From Gammaproteobacteria bacterium (GTDB lineage: Bacteria > Pseudomonadota > Gammaproteobacteria > Eutrophobiales > Eutrophobiaceae): 64,000 bases of DNA. The stretch spans positions 288,001 to 352,000 of the forward strand of contig CAXMWX010000005.1 in the NCBI GenBank assembly GCA_963422205.2, read 5' to 3'. Shown here one piece after another: positions 41,413 to 52,800 of this stretch. Position 1 is the first letter of the stretch. Every line of letters starts with the position of its first letter. The notes beneath the pieces were generated by a model. It did not search any database. It saw only the letters and a program-made list of their open reading frames with translations, and was not told the DNA's origin. Position numbers and translations under genes: made by a program.

Positions 41413-44400
41413 TCAAAACGCATACTGGACTCCAAAGCGGATCTCATAGCGGGAGGCATCACCAATACGCGGGATCCCCACCGTGCCCTCCTCCACAGTC
41501 TGCGGAAAGTCATGCTCCCTTAATACGCCCCAGTCGTCATTGAGCAGGTTAGTCAGATTATCGATCACCAAAAAGGCCGATGCCTTGCTGCCTTGTGTGA
41601 AGCCGGGAAAATCGGCACTGATACGCAGATCCACTTTCTCCCACCAGGGGCTGTTCTCGGCATTGCGTACCACGCCCGGCCGCAAGACGTTCTCACCTTC
41701 CAGAAAAGGGGTGAAACCATAGATTGGCCGGGCCGCTGTCGTTATGCTGTAAGGCTGGCCTGAGTTCACGGCACCGTACAGGCTGATGTTCACGCCCACC
41801 AGGCCGTTAAAGAACTCGCGAAAATAATTCGCCGTTGCCGTGAAGCGGTGGGTAATGTTGTAGTTTGAGGTCGATGCCACATCCTCCTGCGGGTCGAAAA
41901 AAGCACGATTCTGATAATTGGAAAACGCCACAGAGCTGGTCATGGGATTGATATCCTCCGCATCGGTATACGCATATCCCAGGGTAAAATCAAAGCCGTT
42001 GGCATAGCTTTTGGACAGGCCCAAGGCCAGACTCCAGGACTCGGCCGTTGTATTGCTGTTGGTCAGGTAAAGGCTGGACTCACGCACACTGCGGTAAATC
42101 GGATACCCGTCCGGGGTGGTGCCCGTCTGTTCCAGATCGCCGTGCAGAATGATGGCGGAATCCTCACTGCGGGTATACAACACATCCGCATTGAAAATAT
42201 AGGCATTGGGAAAGACATGGGTCAGCCCCAAGGCAAACTTCCACTCGGACGGGATTTTGAAATCCGGGTCCAGGTAGTTGATATCGAAGTTATCACCCGT
42301 ACCACCAGCGACCGCATCAAACAACTCCTGCGGCACGCAATACCCCGGCCCTTCCGGCACGCCCTCTTCACAGGCCACGTAGACGACATTGGAATCAAAC
42401 AGCGAGCGGCTGCCATCGGTATAACCAAAGGAGCGCCCGCGCTGACCGAATTGCAGCACGTTATTGGCGGAGTAGTTATTTGACAGCCAGACATTCGGAT
42501 TGCCGCCTGAATACCGCCCCACCCCGCCATGAAAAGCCGTCTCATCGGTAAAATCAAAGGTGAAACCGAGACGCGGCTGCAACAGGCCCTCGCCATCGAG
42601 GGTGGCCGTATTGGAGAAGCCATACTCCGCCACGAAATCGGTATTCTCCGCTGGCTGATCATCGGTGGTGTACCAGTCATAACGTATTCCGGCAATCAGG
42701 GTCAGGCGATCAATGGGAGAGAATTCATCTTGCAGGTAGGCCGTATTGATTGCATACCCCCAGTCGGCAGCGGCGTCCTGCGGGTTATTGGATGGTGCAT
42801 TGTTATAGTAGATAGCATCTGCAAAGCCATTACGAAAATTCTCAATGCCATCAAAACGAATTTCCGTCTCGGTATGCTGGACAAACAGATTAAAGATATC
42901 CAGGGCCTCACGTTCATAAGCAAAGGTCAGGGCATGGCCGTTAAGATAATACTTGCCCTTGAAAGCAAGATTTAAGATATCGTAATCCAGCTTGTTCGAC
43001 TGCCGGCTGTCATCGCCGCCCAAATAGACATCCACATCATCCAGCTCGACTCTGATCTCGCCGAAATCGGTCCCACCCACCGATAGCTGGCGATTGTCAA
43101 GTTTGGTATAGCCGATGCGAACCTCGGTGGAGAAATCATCCGTCCAGTCGGAGTAAATACTGCCAACATAGGAGTTAAGTTTAGCGCCGCGTTCATACAG
43201 GTGATTGAGAAACTCAAATTCACTCTGCTCACTGTCAGACTCGGTAAAGTTGGAACCATCATTATAGGTATAGGTGAAGCTCATGCGGTGGGCATCGCTG
43301 ATATTCAAGTCCAGCTTGACTAACATCTTCTCATCCTCGTTATCCAGGCTGCCGGGAATCGGGCCGGGATCATAGCCATATCTGTTGTTGGAAATCTCGA
43401 TAATCTCATCAATCTGCGCCTGGGTGATGTTCACCTCATTGACAGCACCTGAGCCCATCGGCCCGCGATCAAACAGGTTGGCGCCTTCCAGCTTTTCATA
43501 AGCAAGAAAGAAGAACAGCGTATCCTTGACGATCGGCCCGCCAAATGTCGCACCGTAGCGCTTCTCATCGTATTTGCCCGATTGAATGGCATCCCCCTCC
43601 AGGCTGTCTGCACGTAGCCTATCATCGGTGTAATCAAAAAACACCGAACCGTGGAAATTATTCGTACCTGACTTGGTCACCGCATTAATATTGCAGGCGG
43701 AAAAACCACCGTACTCAACATCAAATGGCGCCAGCTCAACCGCCACCTGATTGATCGCATCGTAGGAGAAAGGTATGCGCTCTGTCGGGTAGCCGTTGGC
43801 GTTCAACCCGAAGGCATCATTCAAACGCACACCATCAACCGTCAAGCTGTTAAAGCGGGAATTTTTGCCGGCACATTGCACTTCATTAATCTCACCACGG
43901 GACTCATCAACATAAAGCCGGGGATCAGCCCGGAGTATGTCGTTAATATTGCGGTTAATGGCGGGCAGTGTCTCCAGGGTTTGCAGATCAAACGAGGCAC
44001 TCGGCCCCACCGCCAGCTGGGCGGAGGGGATCGCCGTGGCAGAGACGATCACCTCTTCAATGGATTCGCCGGATTCAAGCGTAAAATCAATATTCGCTGT
44101 CTTGCCAAGGTTCAGGCTAAGATCTTCCAGCTTCTGGACGCCGTATCCGCTGCCCGCCGCCGTGAGGGTGTAATTGGCGCCCACCGGCAAATTGGCAAAG
44201 CGGTATTCGCCAGCGGCATTGGTTTGCGTGCGGCGGGTTAAGCCCTTGTCCTCGTTACGCACCGTCACAGTCGCATTTGATACCGGCTGGCCTCCAGCAC
44301 CCGTGACCACACCGCGAATATTCGAACTCGTCTCCTGTGCATTTGCGGCCAGGCCAATGAGCATCAAGGCAAGGGTAAAAAGGCTGCGCCCGATTGCATA

Positions 44401-44421
44401 CTTGTTCATACTCTCTCCCAT
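41413..44421 (-). CDS. Oar-like TonB-dependent receptor with carboxypeptidase-regulatory-like N-domain
   Basis: QETSSNIRG, NSLTVDG, APFDVEYGGF, INAVTKSGTN and QPRLGF; terminal F. Confidence 0.9.
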   Translation of the reverse strand: MGESMNKYAIGRSLFTLALMLIGLAANAQETSSNIRGVVTGAGGQPVSNATVTVRNEDKGLTRRTQTNAAGEYRFANLPVGANYTLTAAGSGYGVQKLEDLSLNLGKTANIDFTLESGESIEEVIVSATAIPSAQLAVGPSASFDLQTLETLPAINRNINDILRADPRLYVDESRGEINEVQCAGKNSRFNSLTVDGVRLNDAFGLNANGYPTERIPFSYDAINQVAVELAPFDVEYGGFSACNINAVTKSGTNNFHGSVFFDYTDDRLRADSLEGDAIQSGKYDEKRYGATFGGPIVKDTLFFFLAYEKLEGANLFDRGPMGSGAVNEVNITQAQIDEIIEISNNRYGYDPGPIPGSLDNEDEKMLVKLDLNISDAHRMSFTYTYNDGSNFTESDSEQSEFEFLNHLYERGAKLNSYVGSIYSDWTDDFSTEVRIGYTKLDNRQLSVGGTDFGEIRVELDDVDVYLGGDDSRQSNKLDYDILNLAFKGKYYLNGHALTFAYEREALDIFNLFVQHTETEIRFDGIENFRNGFADAIYYNNAPSNNPQDAAADWGYAINTAYLQDEFSPIDRLTLIAGIRYDWYTTDDQPAENTDFVAEYGFSNTATLDGEGLLQPRLGFTFDFTDETAFHGGVGRYSGGNPNVWLSNNYSANNVLQFGQRGRSFGYTDGSRSLFDSNVVYVACEEGVPEGPGYCVPQELFDAVAGGTGDNFDINYLDPDFKIPSEWKFALGLTHVFPNAYIFNADVLYTRSEDSAIILHGDLEQTGTTPDGYPIYRSVRESSLYLTNSNTTAESWSLALGLSKSYANGFDFTLGYAYTDAEDINPMTSSVAFSNYQNRAFFDPQEDVASTSNYNITHRFTATANYFREFFNGLVGVNISLYGAVNSGQPYSITTAARPIYGFTPFLEGENVLRPGVVRNAENSPWWEKVDLRISADFPGFTQGSKASAFLVIDNLTNLLNDDWGVLREHDFPQTVEEGTVGIPRIGDASRYEIRFGVQYAF

Positions 44422-44640
44422 TTTAGTAGACGTAAACCAGAAGGCTGTTGTTTTTACTGCACGGCCTGTGACATTAATAACACATTGTTAATGTCCTGTG
44501 TCAGTATAATGGGATTACGGTTAATTTCGTATGTCAGTTATGTAACTTTTCTTATGAAAACAGGATCGCTGTGCTTGCTAATAAACTGATATTCAAGATA
44601 AAAACGCCATCCCTGTGTTCATTGCCAGATCCGGCAGGCA

Positions 44641-44916
44641 GTGTTGCTTATGGCTGAATTTTTCAAGTGGGCCGGTATTTTCTTGGCGATTGCCATCGGC
44701 AGTGGCGTTTGCTGGCATGCCGTGATCACGACCCAGTCACGGGCCATCGCCGGTGCAGCGCTTACCACAGCCCTGGTATACAGGGGCATGGATTACTGGT
44801 TCAACGGGCATGTTGGCTTCTCCGTGATCCCGTTGTTTATCGTTAATTTTATCTTCGGCTTTGCCATCGCCCTGCTTGTCGCCGTACCATTTACGCTCTG
44901 GCGGCGGGAGGATTAA
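44641..44916 (+). CDS. Small hypothetical membrane protein
   Basis: Three hydrophobic segments. Confidence 0.55.
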   Translation: MLLMAEFFKWAGIFLAIAIGSGVCWHAVITTQSRAIAGAALTTALVYRGMDYWFNGHVGFSVIPLFIVNFIFGFAIALLVAVPFTLWRRED

Positions 44917-45078
44917 GCCTGCCTGTCATGAGATAAAACTGACAAGCCATGAGAGCCGAAGGATACACCAGCAAGCGCCGGATTTTCACAAGCCTGGCGG
45001 CCTTATGCCATGCCCTGTACGCCGGGTTTACAGTTGCACAAATGCGGTTATTTATTGATAATCCCTGATTATTCCCCA

Positions 45079-45155
45079 GCGCCCGTAGCTCAGTTGGATA
45101 GAGTACCTGGCTACGAACCAGGAGGTCGGAGGTTCGAATCCTTCCGGGCGCGCCA
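45079..45155 (+). tRNA. tRNA-Arg (ACG)
   Basis: GCGCCCG acceptor stem, anticodon arm CCTGG-CTACGAA-CCAGG, GGTTCGAATCC T-loop, CCA end. Confidence 0.97.
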
Positions 45156-45309
45156 TTCAAATCAACCCCATCTGCCTTACTACACCCATCCTGCTTGCCA
45201 GGGCGAGGCGAGGCTGGTGAGGTGCGCCTGGTTAAGTGTGTTTGCCACCTGTTATCGGTCGTGGAATATGGGATAATTCGGGTATTGAAGTACAGCGAAT
45301 GAGGCGGCA

Positions 45310-46344
45310 TTGATGGATGAGAAGAAGCGACAAGCCCTGGACATAGCGCTCGGCCAGATAGAGAAGCAATTCGGCAAGGGCTCGGTGATGCGCCTGGGCG
45401 ATGGCAGCGTGAACCATGATGTGAGTGCGGTGGCGACCGGCTCGCTGGGTCTGGATATTGGTTTGGGCATCGGCGGTCTGCCCCGTGGGCGGGTGGTGGA
45501 GATATACGGCCCGGAGTCCTCCGGCAAGACCACCCTGGCGCTGCATGTGGCCGCCGAGATACAGAAGGCGGGCGGCACAGCGGCGTTCATTGATGCCGAA
45601 CATGCGCTGGATTCACAGTATGCTGAGAAGCTCGGCGTGCAGATAGCCGATTTGCTGGTCTCCCAGCCCGATACTGGCGAGCAGGCATTGGAGATCACCG
45701 ATATGCTGGTGCGCTCCAGTGCGGTGGAGTTGGTGATTATTGACTCGGTAGCGGCCTTGACGCCGAAGGCTGAGATTGAGGGAGATATGGGCGACAGCCA
45801 CATGGGCTTGCATGCCCGTCTGATGTCCCAGGCCCTGCGTAAGCTGACCGCTAACATCAAGCGCTCCAACACGCTGGTGATATTCATCAACCAGATTCGG
45901 ATGAGGATTGGCGTGATGTTTGGCAATCCGGAGACGACCACGGGCGGCAATGCCTTGAAGTTTTATGCGTCGGTGCGGCTGGAGATACGCCGTGGCAGTG
46001 CGATCAAGCAGAGCGATGAGGTGATTGGCAACGAGACCCGTGTGAAGATAGTCAAGAACAAGGTAGCCCCGCCGTTCAAGGAGGTGTTATTTGAGATACT
46101 CTATGGTGCTGGCATTTCCCGTGAGGGCGAGTTGATTACCTTAGGCGTGAAGCACGATATTATCGGCAAGACCGGCGCCTGGTACAGCTATGAGGGCGAG
46201 CGCATTGGTCAGGGCAAGGACAATGTCAGGAAGCACCTGCTTGCTCATCCGGCGGTTGCCGCTGAGATTGAGACGAAGATACGCCGCAAGACACTGCCAG
46301 CGGCCACCACCACAGCCACCGAGGCGGCGGAGGCACCGAACTGA
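45310..46344 (+). CDS. recA: Recombinase A
   Basis: GPESSGKTT and [13 protein letters not shown]. Confidence 0.98.
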   Translation: MMDEKKRQALDIALGQIEKQFGKGSVMRLGDGSVNHDVSAVATGSLGLDIGLGIGGLPRGRVVEIYGPESSGKTTLALHVAAEIQKAGGTAAFIDAEHALDSQYAEKLGVQIADLLVSQPDTGEQALEITDMLVRSSAVELVIIDSVAALTPKAEIEGDMGDSHMGLHARLMSQALRKLTANIKRSNTLVIFINQIRMRIGVMFGNPETTTGGNALKFYASVRLEIRRGSAIKQSDEVIGNETRVKIVKNKVAPPFKEVLFEILYGAGISREGELITLGVKHDIIGKTGAWYSYEGERIGQGKDNVRKHLLAHPAVAAEIETKIRRKTLPAATTTATEAAEAPN

Positions 46345-46793
46345 TCGAGAACACCCGTCCGCTCAGAGACTGTGCTGTCGGCCTGTTATCGCGCCGGGAG
46401 CATGCGGCAGAAGAGCTGTTCAGCAAACTCACCGCCCGCGGCTATCCTGAGCCTGCGGTTGCGGCGGTCATATCATCCCTGCAACACGCCGGGCTGCAAA
46501 GCGATGCCCGCTATGCGGAAGCCTATATCCACAGCCGTATGCACAAGGGCTACGGGCCGGTGCATATACTTCACGCCTTAGGGCAGCGCGGCATCCCGGA
46601 ACACCTGGCACGGGAGTATCTTCAGGCAGAGCATACTGACTGGCCGGCCCGGGCCGAGGCGGCACGCCGTAAAAAATTCGGTGCCGACCGGCCGAAGAAC
46701 TACCGGGAGCAAGCCAGGCAGTCCCGCTTTCTCAGCAACAGAGGTTTTACCGGCGAGCAGATCCGCACCTGCTTTGAAGATGTAGAACCATGA
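46341..46793 (+). CDS. recX: Regulatory protein RecX (probable CTG start)
   Basis: Open frame from CTG at 46341: [33 protein letters not shown]. Confidence 0.88.
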   Translation: MIENTRPLRDCAVGLLSRREHAAEELFSKLTARGYPEPAVAAVISSLQHAGLQSDARYAEAYIHSRMHKGYGPVHILHALGQRGIPEHLAREYLQAEHTDWPARAEAARRKKFGADRPKNYREQARQSRFLSNRGFTGEQIRTCFEDVEP

Positions 46794-49432
46794 TAACCAG
46801 CCACACCATCCGCCAGCGCTTTCTGGATTATTTTTGCCGCCACGACCATCGGGTGATCCCCAGCAGCCCCCTGGTGCCAGCCAACGACCCCACGCTGTTG
46901 TTCACCAATGCCGGCATGGTGCAGTTCAAAGATGTCTTTTTAGGATTGGACGAGCGCCCATCCCCCAGGGCGGTCTCCTCGCAGCGCTGTGTCCGGGCCG
47001 GGGGCAAGCATAATGACCTTGAGAACGTTGGCTACACCGCCCGGCACCATACCTTCTTTGAGATGCTGGGCAATTTCAGTTTTGGGGATTACTTTAAGGC
47101 CGAGGCGATCCATTATGCCTGGGATTTTCTGACCAACGAGTTGAAGATACCGGCAGCCAGGCTATGGGTCAGCGTCTACCGGGATGACGATGAGGCGGCC
47201 AGAATCTGGTTACATGACATTGGCATGGATGAGAGTCGCTTTGCCCGTCTGGGCGATGCCGATAATTTCTGGGCGATGGGAGAGACCGGTCCCTGCGGGC
47301 CGTGCAGTGAGATTTTCTACGATCATGGCACAGCCCTCGCTGGCGGGCCGCCGGGCAGCAAAGCGCAGCCGGGCGAGCGCTATGTGGAGATATGGAACCT
47401 GGTCTTTATGCAGTATGCACGTGATGCCAATGGATGCCTGCACCCTATCCCGAAGCCCTGCGTGGATACCGGCATGGGGCTGGAGCGCATCGCTGCGGTG
47501 ATGCAGGGCGTTGATAATAATTATGAGACTGACAGCTTTCAGCACCTGATACAGGCCATAACAAACCTGGCTGGACGTTCCGGGCTTGAACTGACGTCCC
47601 TGCGGGTGCTGGCCGATCATATCCGCGCTGCGGCTTTTCTCATCACCGATGGCGTCATACCCTCGAACGAAAGACAAGGCTATGTGCTGAGACGCATCAT
47701 TCGCCGTGCCGCCCGCCACGGCCACAAGCTGGGGTTTGACGGCCCGTTTTTCTATCGACTGGTAGAACCGCTTGAGGGGCTTATGGGGGCAGTCTTTCCA
47801 GAGCTGACGGCGGCGTATGATCGGGTGGAAGCCACCATAAAACAGGAAGAGGAGCGTTTTGCCCAGACCTTAAACCTGGGCCTGCGGCACTTCGAGGAGA
47901 TGATCGCTGGCTTGTCCGGCAAGCTGATTGCCGGGGAGGATGCATTCAAGCTCTATGACACCTACGGCTTTCCCGTTGACTTGACCGCCGATATTGCCCG
48001 AGAACGGGGTTTGCAGGTCGATGAGGCCGGGTTTGACAAGGCGATGGCAGGCCAGCGCCAGCGCGCCAGAGAAGCCAGCCGGTTTGAGATGAGCGCAAAT
48101 TTAACTTTACCAACGCCTGAGCTAGAAGCGAACGCTATTGCTATCCCTCCATCAGATTTTATCGGCTATGACAAGCTGCAACATACGGCAGAGGTAAGCG
48201 CCCTGTGGCGGGACGGGCAGACGGTCAACGAGCTTAAACCAGGCGAGTCGGGCGCCGTGCTGCTGGATGCCACGCCGTTTTATGCCGAGTCCGGCGGGCA
48301 GGTGGGCGATCAGGGGCAGCTGCTGGCCGATGGCACGGTGTTTGACGTAGAAGACACCCGTAAACACGGCAAGGCGCATGTCCATACAGGCACGCTGCAA
48401 CACGGCCGCCTGCACATCGGACAGCAGGTGACCGCCCGGGTCGATCATCAGCATCGGCAACAGACCGTGTGCAATCATTCCGCCACGCACCTGTTACATG
48501 CGGCATTGCGCCAGGTGCTGGGGGCGCATGTCACGCAGAAAGGCTCCCTGGTTGCACCGGACCGGCTGCGGTTTGATTTTGCCCATCCCCGACCGGTCAG
48601 CACCGAACAGGTCAGGCAGCTTGAGCACCTGGTGAATCGTAAAATTTACGACAACGCCGAGACGCATATTGCCGTGATGCCGTTGGCGGCGGCGCTTGAG
48701 TCCGGGGCGATGTCTTTGTTTGGCGAAAAATACGATGCCGATGTCCGGGTCTTGTCGATTGCGGATAAATTCTCAGTTGAGTTGTGTGGCGGTACCCATG
48801 TTGTGCGTGCCGGTGATATTGGCCTGTTCAAGATTATCGCAGAGACGGGCATCGCCGCCGGCGTGCGGCGCATAGAGGCGCTGACCGGGGAGGCTGCCTT
48901 GCAGTTTGTGCTGGAAAATGAGGCGAAACTTAACCAGCTTGCCCGCCTGCTTAAAACCGATCGCGACCATGCGCTCCCGCGTCTGCAACTCCTGCTGGAT
49001 CATTCGCATCAACAGGAGCGGGAACTCAGTCAGTTAAAATCAAGGCTGGCCAGCAACACGGGCGATGAGTTGCTGGGGCAGGCGGCTGATGTTGCTGGCA
49101 TTCAGGTGCTGGCGATCCGGCTGAAGGGGGTCGATCCGAAATCGCTGCGCGCTATCCTGGATCACGTAAAAAACAAGCTGGGTACGGCCGCCGTGGTGCT
49201 GGCCGCCGTGGCCGGATCAAAAGTCAGCCTGGTGGCTGGCGTCACTCAGGATACGACTGATCGGATCACGGCCGGCGAGTTGGTCAATTTCGTCGCCCGG
49301 AAGATCGGCGGCAAGGGCGGTGGTCGAGCAGATATGGCGCAGGCGGGCGGCAATCAGCCCGACAAACTGCCAGGCGCACTGGCCGCTGTCCCCGGCTGGA
49401 TCAGGCAGCAAGTCACCCAAGGCACGGAGTGA
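46790..49432 (+). CDS. alaS: Alanine--tRNA ligase
   Basis: [39 protein letters not shown] and ELCGGTHV. Confidence 0.98.
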   Translation: MITSHTIRQRFLDYFCRHDHRVIPSSPLVPANDPTLLFTNAGMVQFKDVFLGLDERPSPRAVSSQRCVRAGGKHNDLENVGYTARHHTFFEMLGNFSFGDYFKAEAIHYAWDFLTNELKIPAARLWVSVYRDDDEAARIWLHDIGMDESRFARLGDADNFWAMGETGPCGPCSEIFYDHGTALAGGPPGSKAQPGERYVEIWNLVFMQYARDANGCLHPIPKPCVDTGMGLERIAAVMQGVDNNYETDSFQHLIQAITNLAGRSGLELTSLRVLADHIRAAAFLITDGVIPSNERQGYVLRRIIRRAARHGHKLGFDGPFFYRLVEPLEGLMGAVFPELTAAYDRVEATIKQEEERFAQTLNLGLRHFEEMIAGLSGKLIAGEDAFKLYDTYGFPVDLTADIARERGLQVDEAGFDKAMAGQRQRAREASRFEMSANLTLPTPELEANAIAIPPSDFIGYDKLQHTAEVSALWRDGQTVNELKPGESGAVLLDATPFYAESGGQVGDQGQLLADGTVFDVEDTRKHGKAHVHTGTLQHGRLHIGQQVTARVDHQHRQQTVCNHSATHLLHAALRQVLGAHVTQKGSLVAPDRLRFDFAHPRPVSTEQVRQLEHLVNRKIYDNAETHIAVMPLAAALESGAMSLFGEKYDADVRVLSIADKFSVELCGGTHVVRAGDIGLFKIIAETGIAAGVRRIEALTGEAALQFVLENEAKLNQLARLLKTDRDHALPRLQLLLDHSHQQERELSQLKSRLASNTGDELLGQAADVAGIQVLAIRLKGVDPKSLRAILDHVKNKLGTAAVVLAAVAGSKVSLVAGVTQDTTDRITAGELVNFVARKIGGKGGGRADMAQAGGNQPDKLPGALAAVPGWIRQQVTQGTE

Positions 49433-49582
49433 TTCTAAGAAGATAACTTACCTGTTCCCAGTGTGCGCGGCAAGCTGAAGTTCGGGCCGACAATGGTAGA
49501 TGATAATCTGACAGCACCCCTGGCTATCCCCAACCATCCCTGGCCTATTTTCGAGCGACCGTAAGGCTCTATTGCAGTAGCA

Positions 49583-49840
49583 CATAGATTCTTCGCTCGA
49601 AAACCTGTTCCCGACGTTTTCTACCTCGATAATGTGTTCCTGACATTCTCTACCTCCTACATCCCTGTAGTCGTTCGCTCAGAATGACGTGCTGCTTGTC
49701 ACATCCTGAGCAGTTGCCCTCCCTCTCGTCATCCTGAGGAACAAAGTGACGAAGGATCTATCACACAGAACCATAGATTCTTCGCTACGCTCAGAATGAC
49801 GGGTTACTGCCATCCTGAGCAGTCGCCCCTGCGTCATCCC
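49583..49840. repeat. Cluster of REP-like palindromes with nested hairpin inserts
   Basis: Two copies of CATAGATTCTTCG..CGCTCAGAATGAC and three CATCCTGAG arms between convergent genes. Confidence 0.75.
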
Positions 49841-49847
49841 ACCCCAC

Positions 49848-52800
49848 CTAATAGGCATACTCCAACCTGACAATCCCACTCAAGGCCCGCTCACTCACCT
49901 CCCCCACATCATGGTTGTATTCCACATCGACCAGCAGCTTGAGATTATCACGGAGCTCGTGCCGACCATCCACACCGACATACAGGCTGTGTACGCTCTT
50001 ATCCGCATCGCTGGCATAGCTGAAGCTCGCCCCACTCAAAGTCCCTTCAAAGTCACTGCTGTCGGTGAAGCGGCTCTGTAATCCTAAGCGCAGCCCCAGC
50101 CCGCTGTTACTCTTCGGCAGCGCCCAGTCGCCACCCAGTTGCAGCCGGGTGGTCAGGTTATGGGCCGTGCGGCTATCAACGCTAAGATTAAACCCCGCTG
50201 CCCCCCGCTCGGTGTAGTCCCCATAGAAGGCGGCGGTGTAGCTCATGCTCAGGGAGGGAGTGAGACGAAAGGTTGCCCGGCCGGACAGGGCCTCTACCCT
50301 ATAGCTCTGGCTGACTGTCAGGGACGGGTTGATAAAGAAGCTGTGGGTGCTGGTTTCGGCAGTTTGTCTTTGCTGGGGGATAAAGCGCTGATTGTCATGC
50401 TCTTCATAGCCTAAGTTCAGCCCCACATCCACCGCCAGTCCAGCCAGGTCAAGACGGCCATACACTCCCCCGAAGAGGCTGCCGGTCTCGACATTCAGCG
50501 CCGTGATGTGGGTGCTGACATCGGCATCGGCATAGCCCAGCATCAACCCCAGCACGGCCTCCTGCCCATAACGCTGCTCGGCCCCGAACAACACGCCCCG
50601 GTACTCATGGGAGTAGGACAGGGTGCGGCCATCCCGTCCCCGTTGCCGGTCAGAAGCAAACAATTCTCCCCAGATGAGCGGGTCTTCTCCCCTGGCCAGC
50701 ATCCCCGGCAGCAGGGCGGTGGCGGCCACCTGCACCGGTGGGCGGGCAGCACGGCGATAAGCGGACAGCCGTTGACTGATGAGGGTGTTGATGGTGGTGG
50801 TCAGAGCGCCCACGGCAGAGGCTTGTACGGACGGGCCGGTGGGGTCAACATAGACATAGCTCTCGACCTGGCTCTGGAAGCGGTCACGGGCGGCTGCCCT
50901 GGCAGGCTCATCGGGCAGGGTGGTCGGGTCAGGGAGTGCTGGCGGGGTCGGTGTGACGGTGGCCGGTCGGGTGGCGGTGGCGGGCTGACAGGCTGTCCCC
51001 GTGGCCTCACAATAGGCCGCCGCCAACACCGCAAAGTCGGTCGGGGATGGGGGTGGGGGTGTGGCTGTGCCGCCTGTGGGCGGTGGTGTTGTGCCTGTCC
51101 CCGTGCCTGTGCCTTGGGGTGCGGGTGGTGGCGGTGGGGGTTGACCATCGGTATAAGAGATGATGGTGCCTGCCGCATCCATCGTCTCCTGACGTGCCAC
51201 TACCGGCAGGTTGGTCAGCAGTTCTGTCTCACCATTGACGGTCTCAAAGTTGCGGAAGCGGAAGATGGTGGTGGCACTGGCCTCGGTGAACAGTTGCAGG
51301 CCATTCAGGGTGTCCATGCCGGGGCCACCATCGGCCAGACCAAAGAAGCGCACATCGGCACTGGCAAAGGTCAGGGTATCATCGCCTGTCCCCAGGGTAA
51401 TATCACCGACCAGCCGGGCATCCCCGTCCATGGTGACGGTATCATTGTCATCGCCGGTGCAATGTCGCCGGTGAGGATGGCATTACTGGAGAGGGTAAAC
51501 ATATCATCCTCCGCCCCGCCGGTGATGCCGCCGGTCAGCGCCGCACTGAGGGCGAAGGTATCGTTACCCATGCCGCCATCAAGGTTGCCCATGAGGGTGC
51601 CGCCGGTCAGGGTAAAGCTGTCCGCCCCATCGCCGCCGGTGAGGTTGCCTGTGTGGTCGGTGCTGAGGGTAAAGGCATCCGCCATGGCGCCGCCGGTGAG
51701 GTTCTCGATGTTGCTGAAGGTGAGGGTTTCCGCATTCTGTCCGCTGCCGGTGGTGTAGGTCGCATCCATGCCGCCGTCTATCTCCCAGGTGGCATCGGCA
51801 TCATAGCCGGTGAGGGCATCGTCTGTGGCACTGCCGCCGGTCAGGGCATTGATGCCACTGACCGTGCCGGTGATGCCGGTGGCGCCGTTTGCCGTGGTGG
51901 CAAAGCCGTCATTGGCGGCGCTGGAAGCCAGGGTGACGCTGACGGCCGTGCTGCGGTTGGCATAAGAGGGGGTGTCGCTGTCCGCACCCAGGGTGACGCT
52001 GACGGTGATGATGCTGCCATCGTTGAGGGTCAAGGTATCATCCCCCGCCCCGAGGTTGGCGTTGCCATTGAGGAAGCCGCCGGTGTTGAGGGTGAGGGTC
52101 AGCACATCATCGCCGGGGCCGCCGGTCAGGTTGCCCGTGACTAGCCCGCTCAGGTTGAAGCGGTCATCGCCTGCCCCGCCATTGATGTCGATATCGTCGT
52201 TGAAGCCCACATTGAAGGTATCGTTGCCCGTGCCACCGGTGAATTGTTCAAAATGGAATAATCCCAGGCTGCGGGTGGTTGTGCCTTCGGTCACGGCATA
52301 CCGTATGCCCTGGCTATCCGACGTCCAGGTGGCGTTCCGGTTCAGGCCGATCAGGTTGTGGACTGCGCCGCCGGTTAGGGGGTCGTTGGCAGCAAGTGAA
52401 TTCACGCCCCGGAACCCGCCCGTAATCGCCGAGTGGATGCCGGAAAAGCCGGTGGCATCGCTGCCGGTGAGGGTGAAGTCGCCCGAGCCCAGGTTGTTAA
52501 ATTGCAGAAAATCCCCGCCGCCTGCCGCGAAGCTGTGGATGGCTGCCGCCGCGTCCGTGCCTGAGGTGATCTGTCCGCCGGTAATGTCGAGATCAAAGGT
52601 GCCGCTTGCGGAGGCGATTCGCACCCCATCGGCATCCCTGCCGGTGGCGGTAATCGTGGTATCGCCACTGATGCTGGCCGATGCCATGCCGCCGCCCAGG
52701 TTAGAGACGGCCAGCCCGTGGGCGACTATTCGCGAGGCGCCGCTGCCGCCGGTGGTGCTGATGGTGCCGCCGGTCAAGATAGCCGATGCCGCGCCGGTGC

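Noticed and set aside
44460-44550. Possible Pho boxes upstream of the Oar-type TBDR
   Set aside because: TGTCA/TGTAA-like half-sites are spaced 9 bp rather than 11 bp
45079-45155. tRNA-Arg as the integration site of an island
   Set aside because: No integrase nearby, no duplicated tRNA 3' end noticed, and recA follows directly
45252-45950. 232-aa minus-strand ORF
   Set aside because: Antisense to recA, a common artefact
49583-49840. Repeat cluster as a CRISPR array or tRNA
   Set aside because: Units are inverted and irregularly spaced, and no cloverleaf forms
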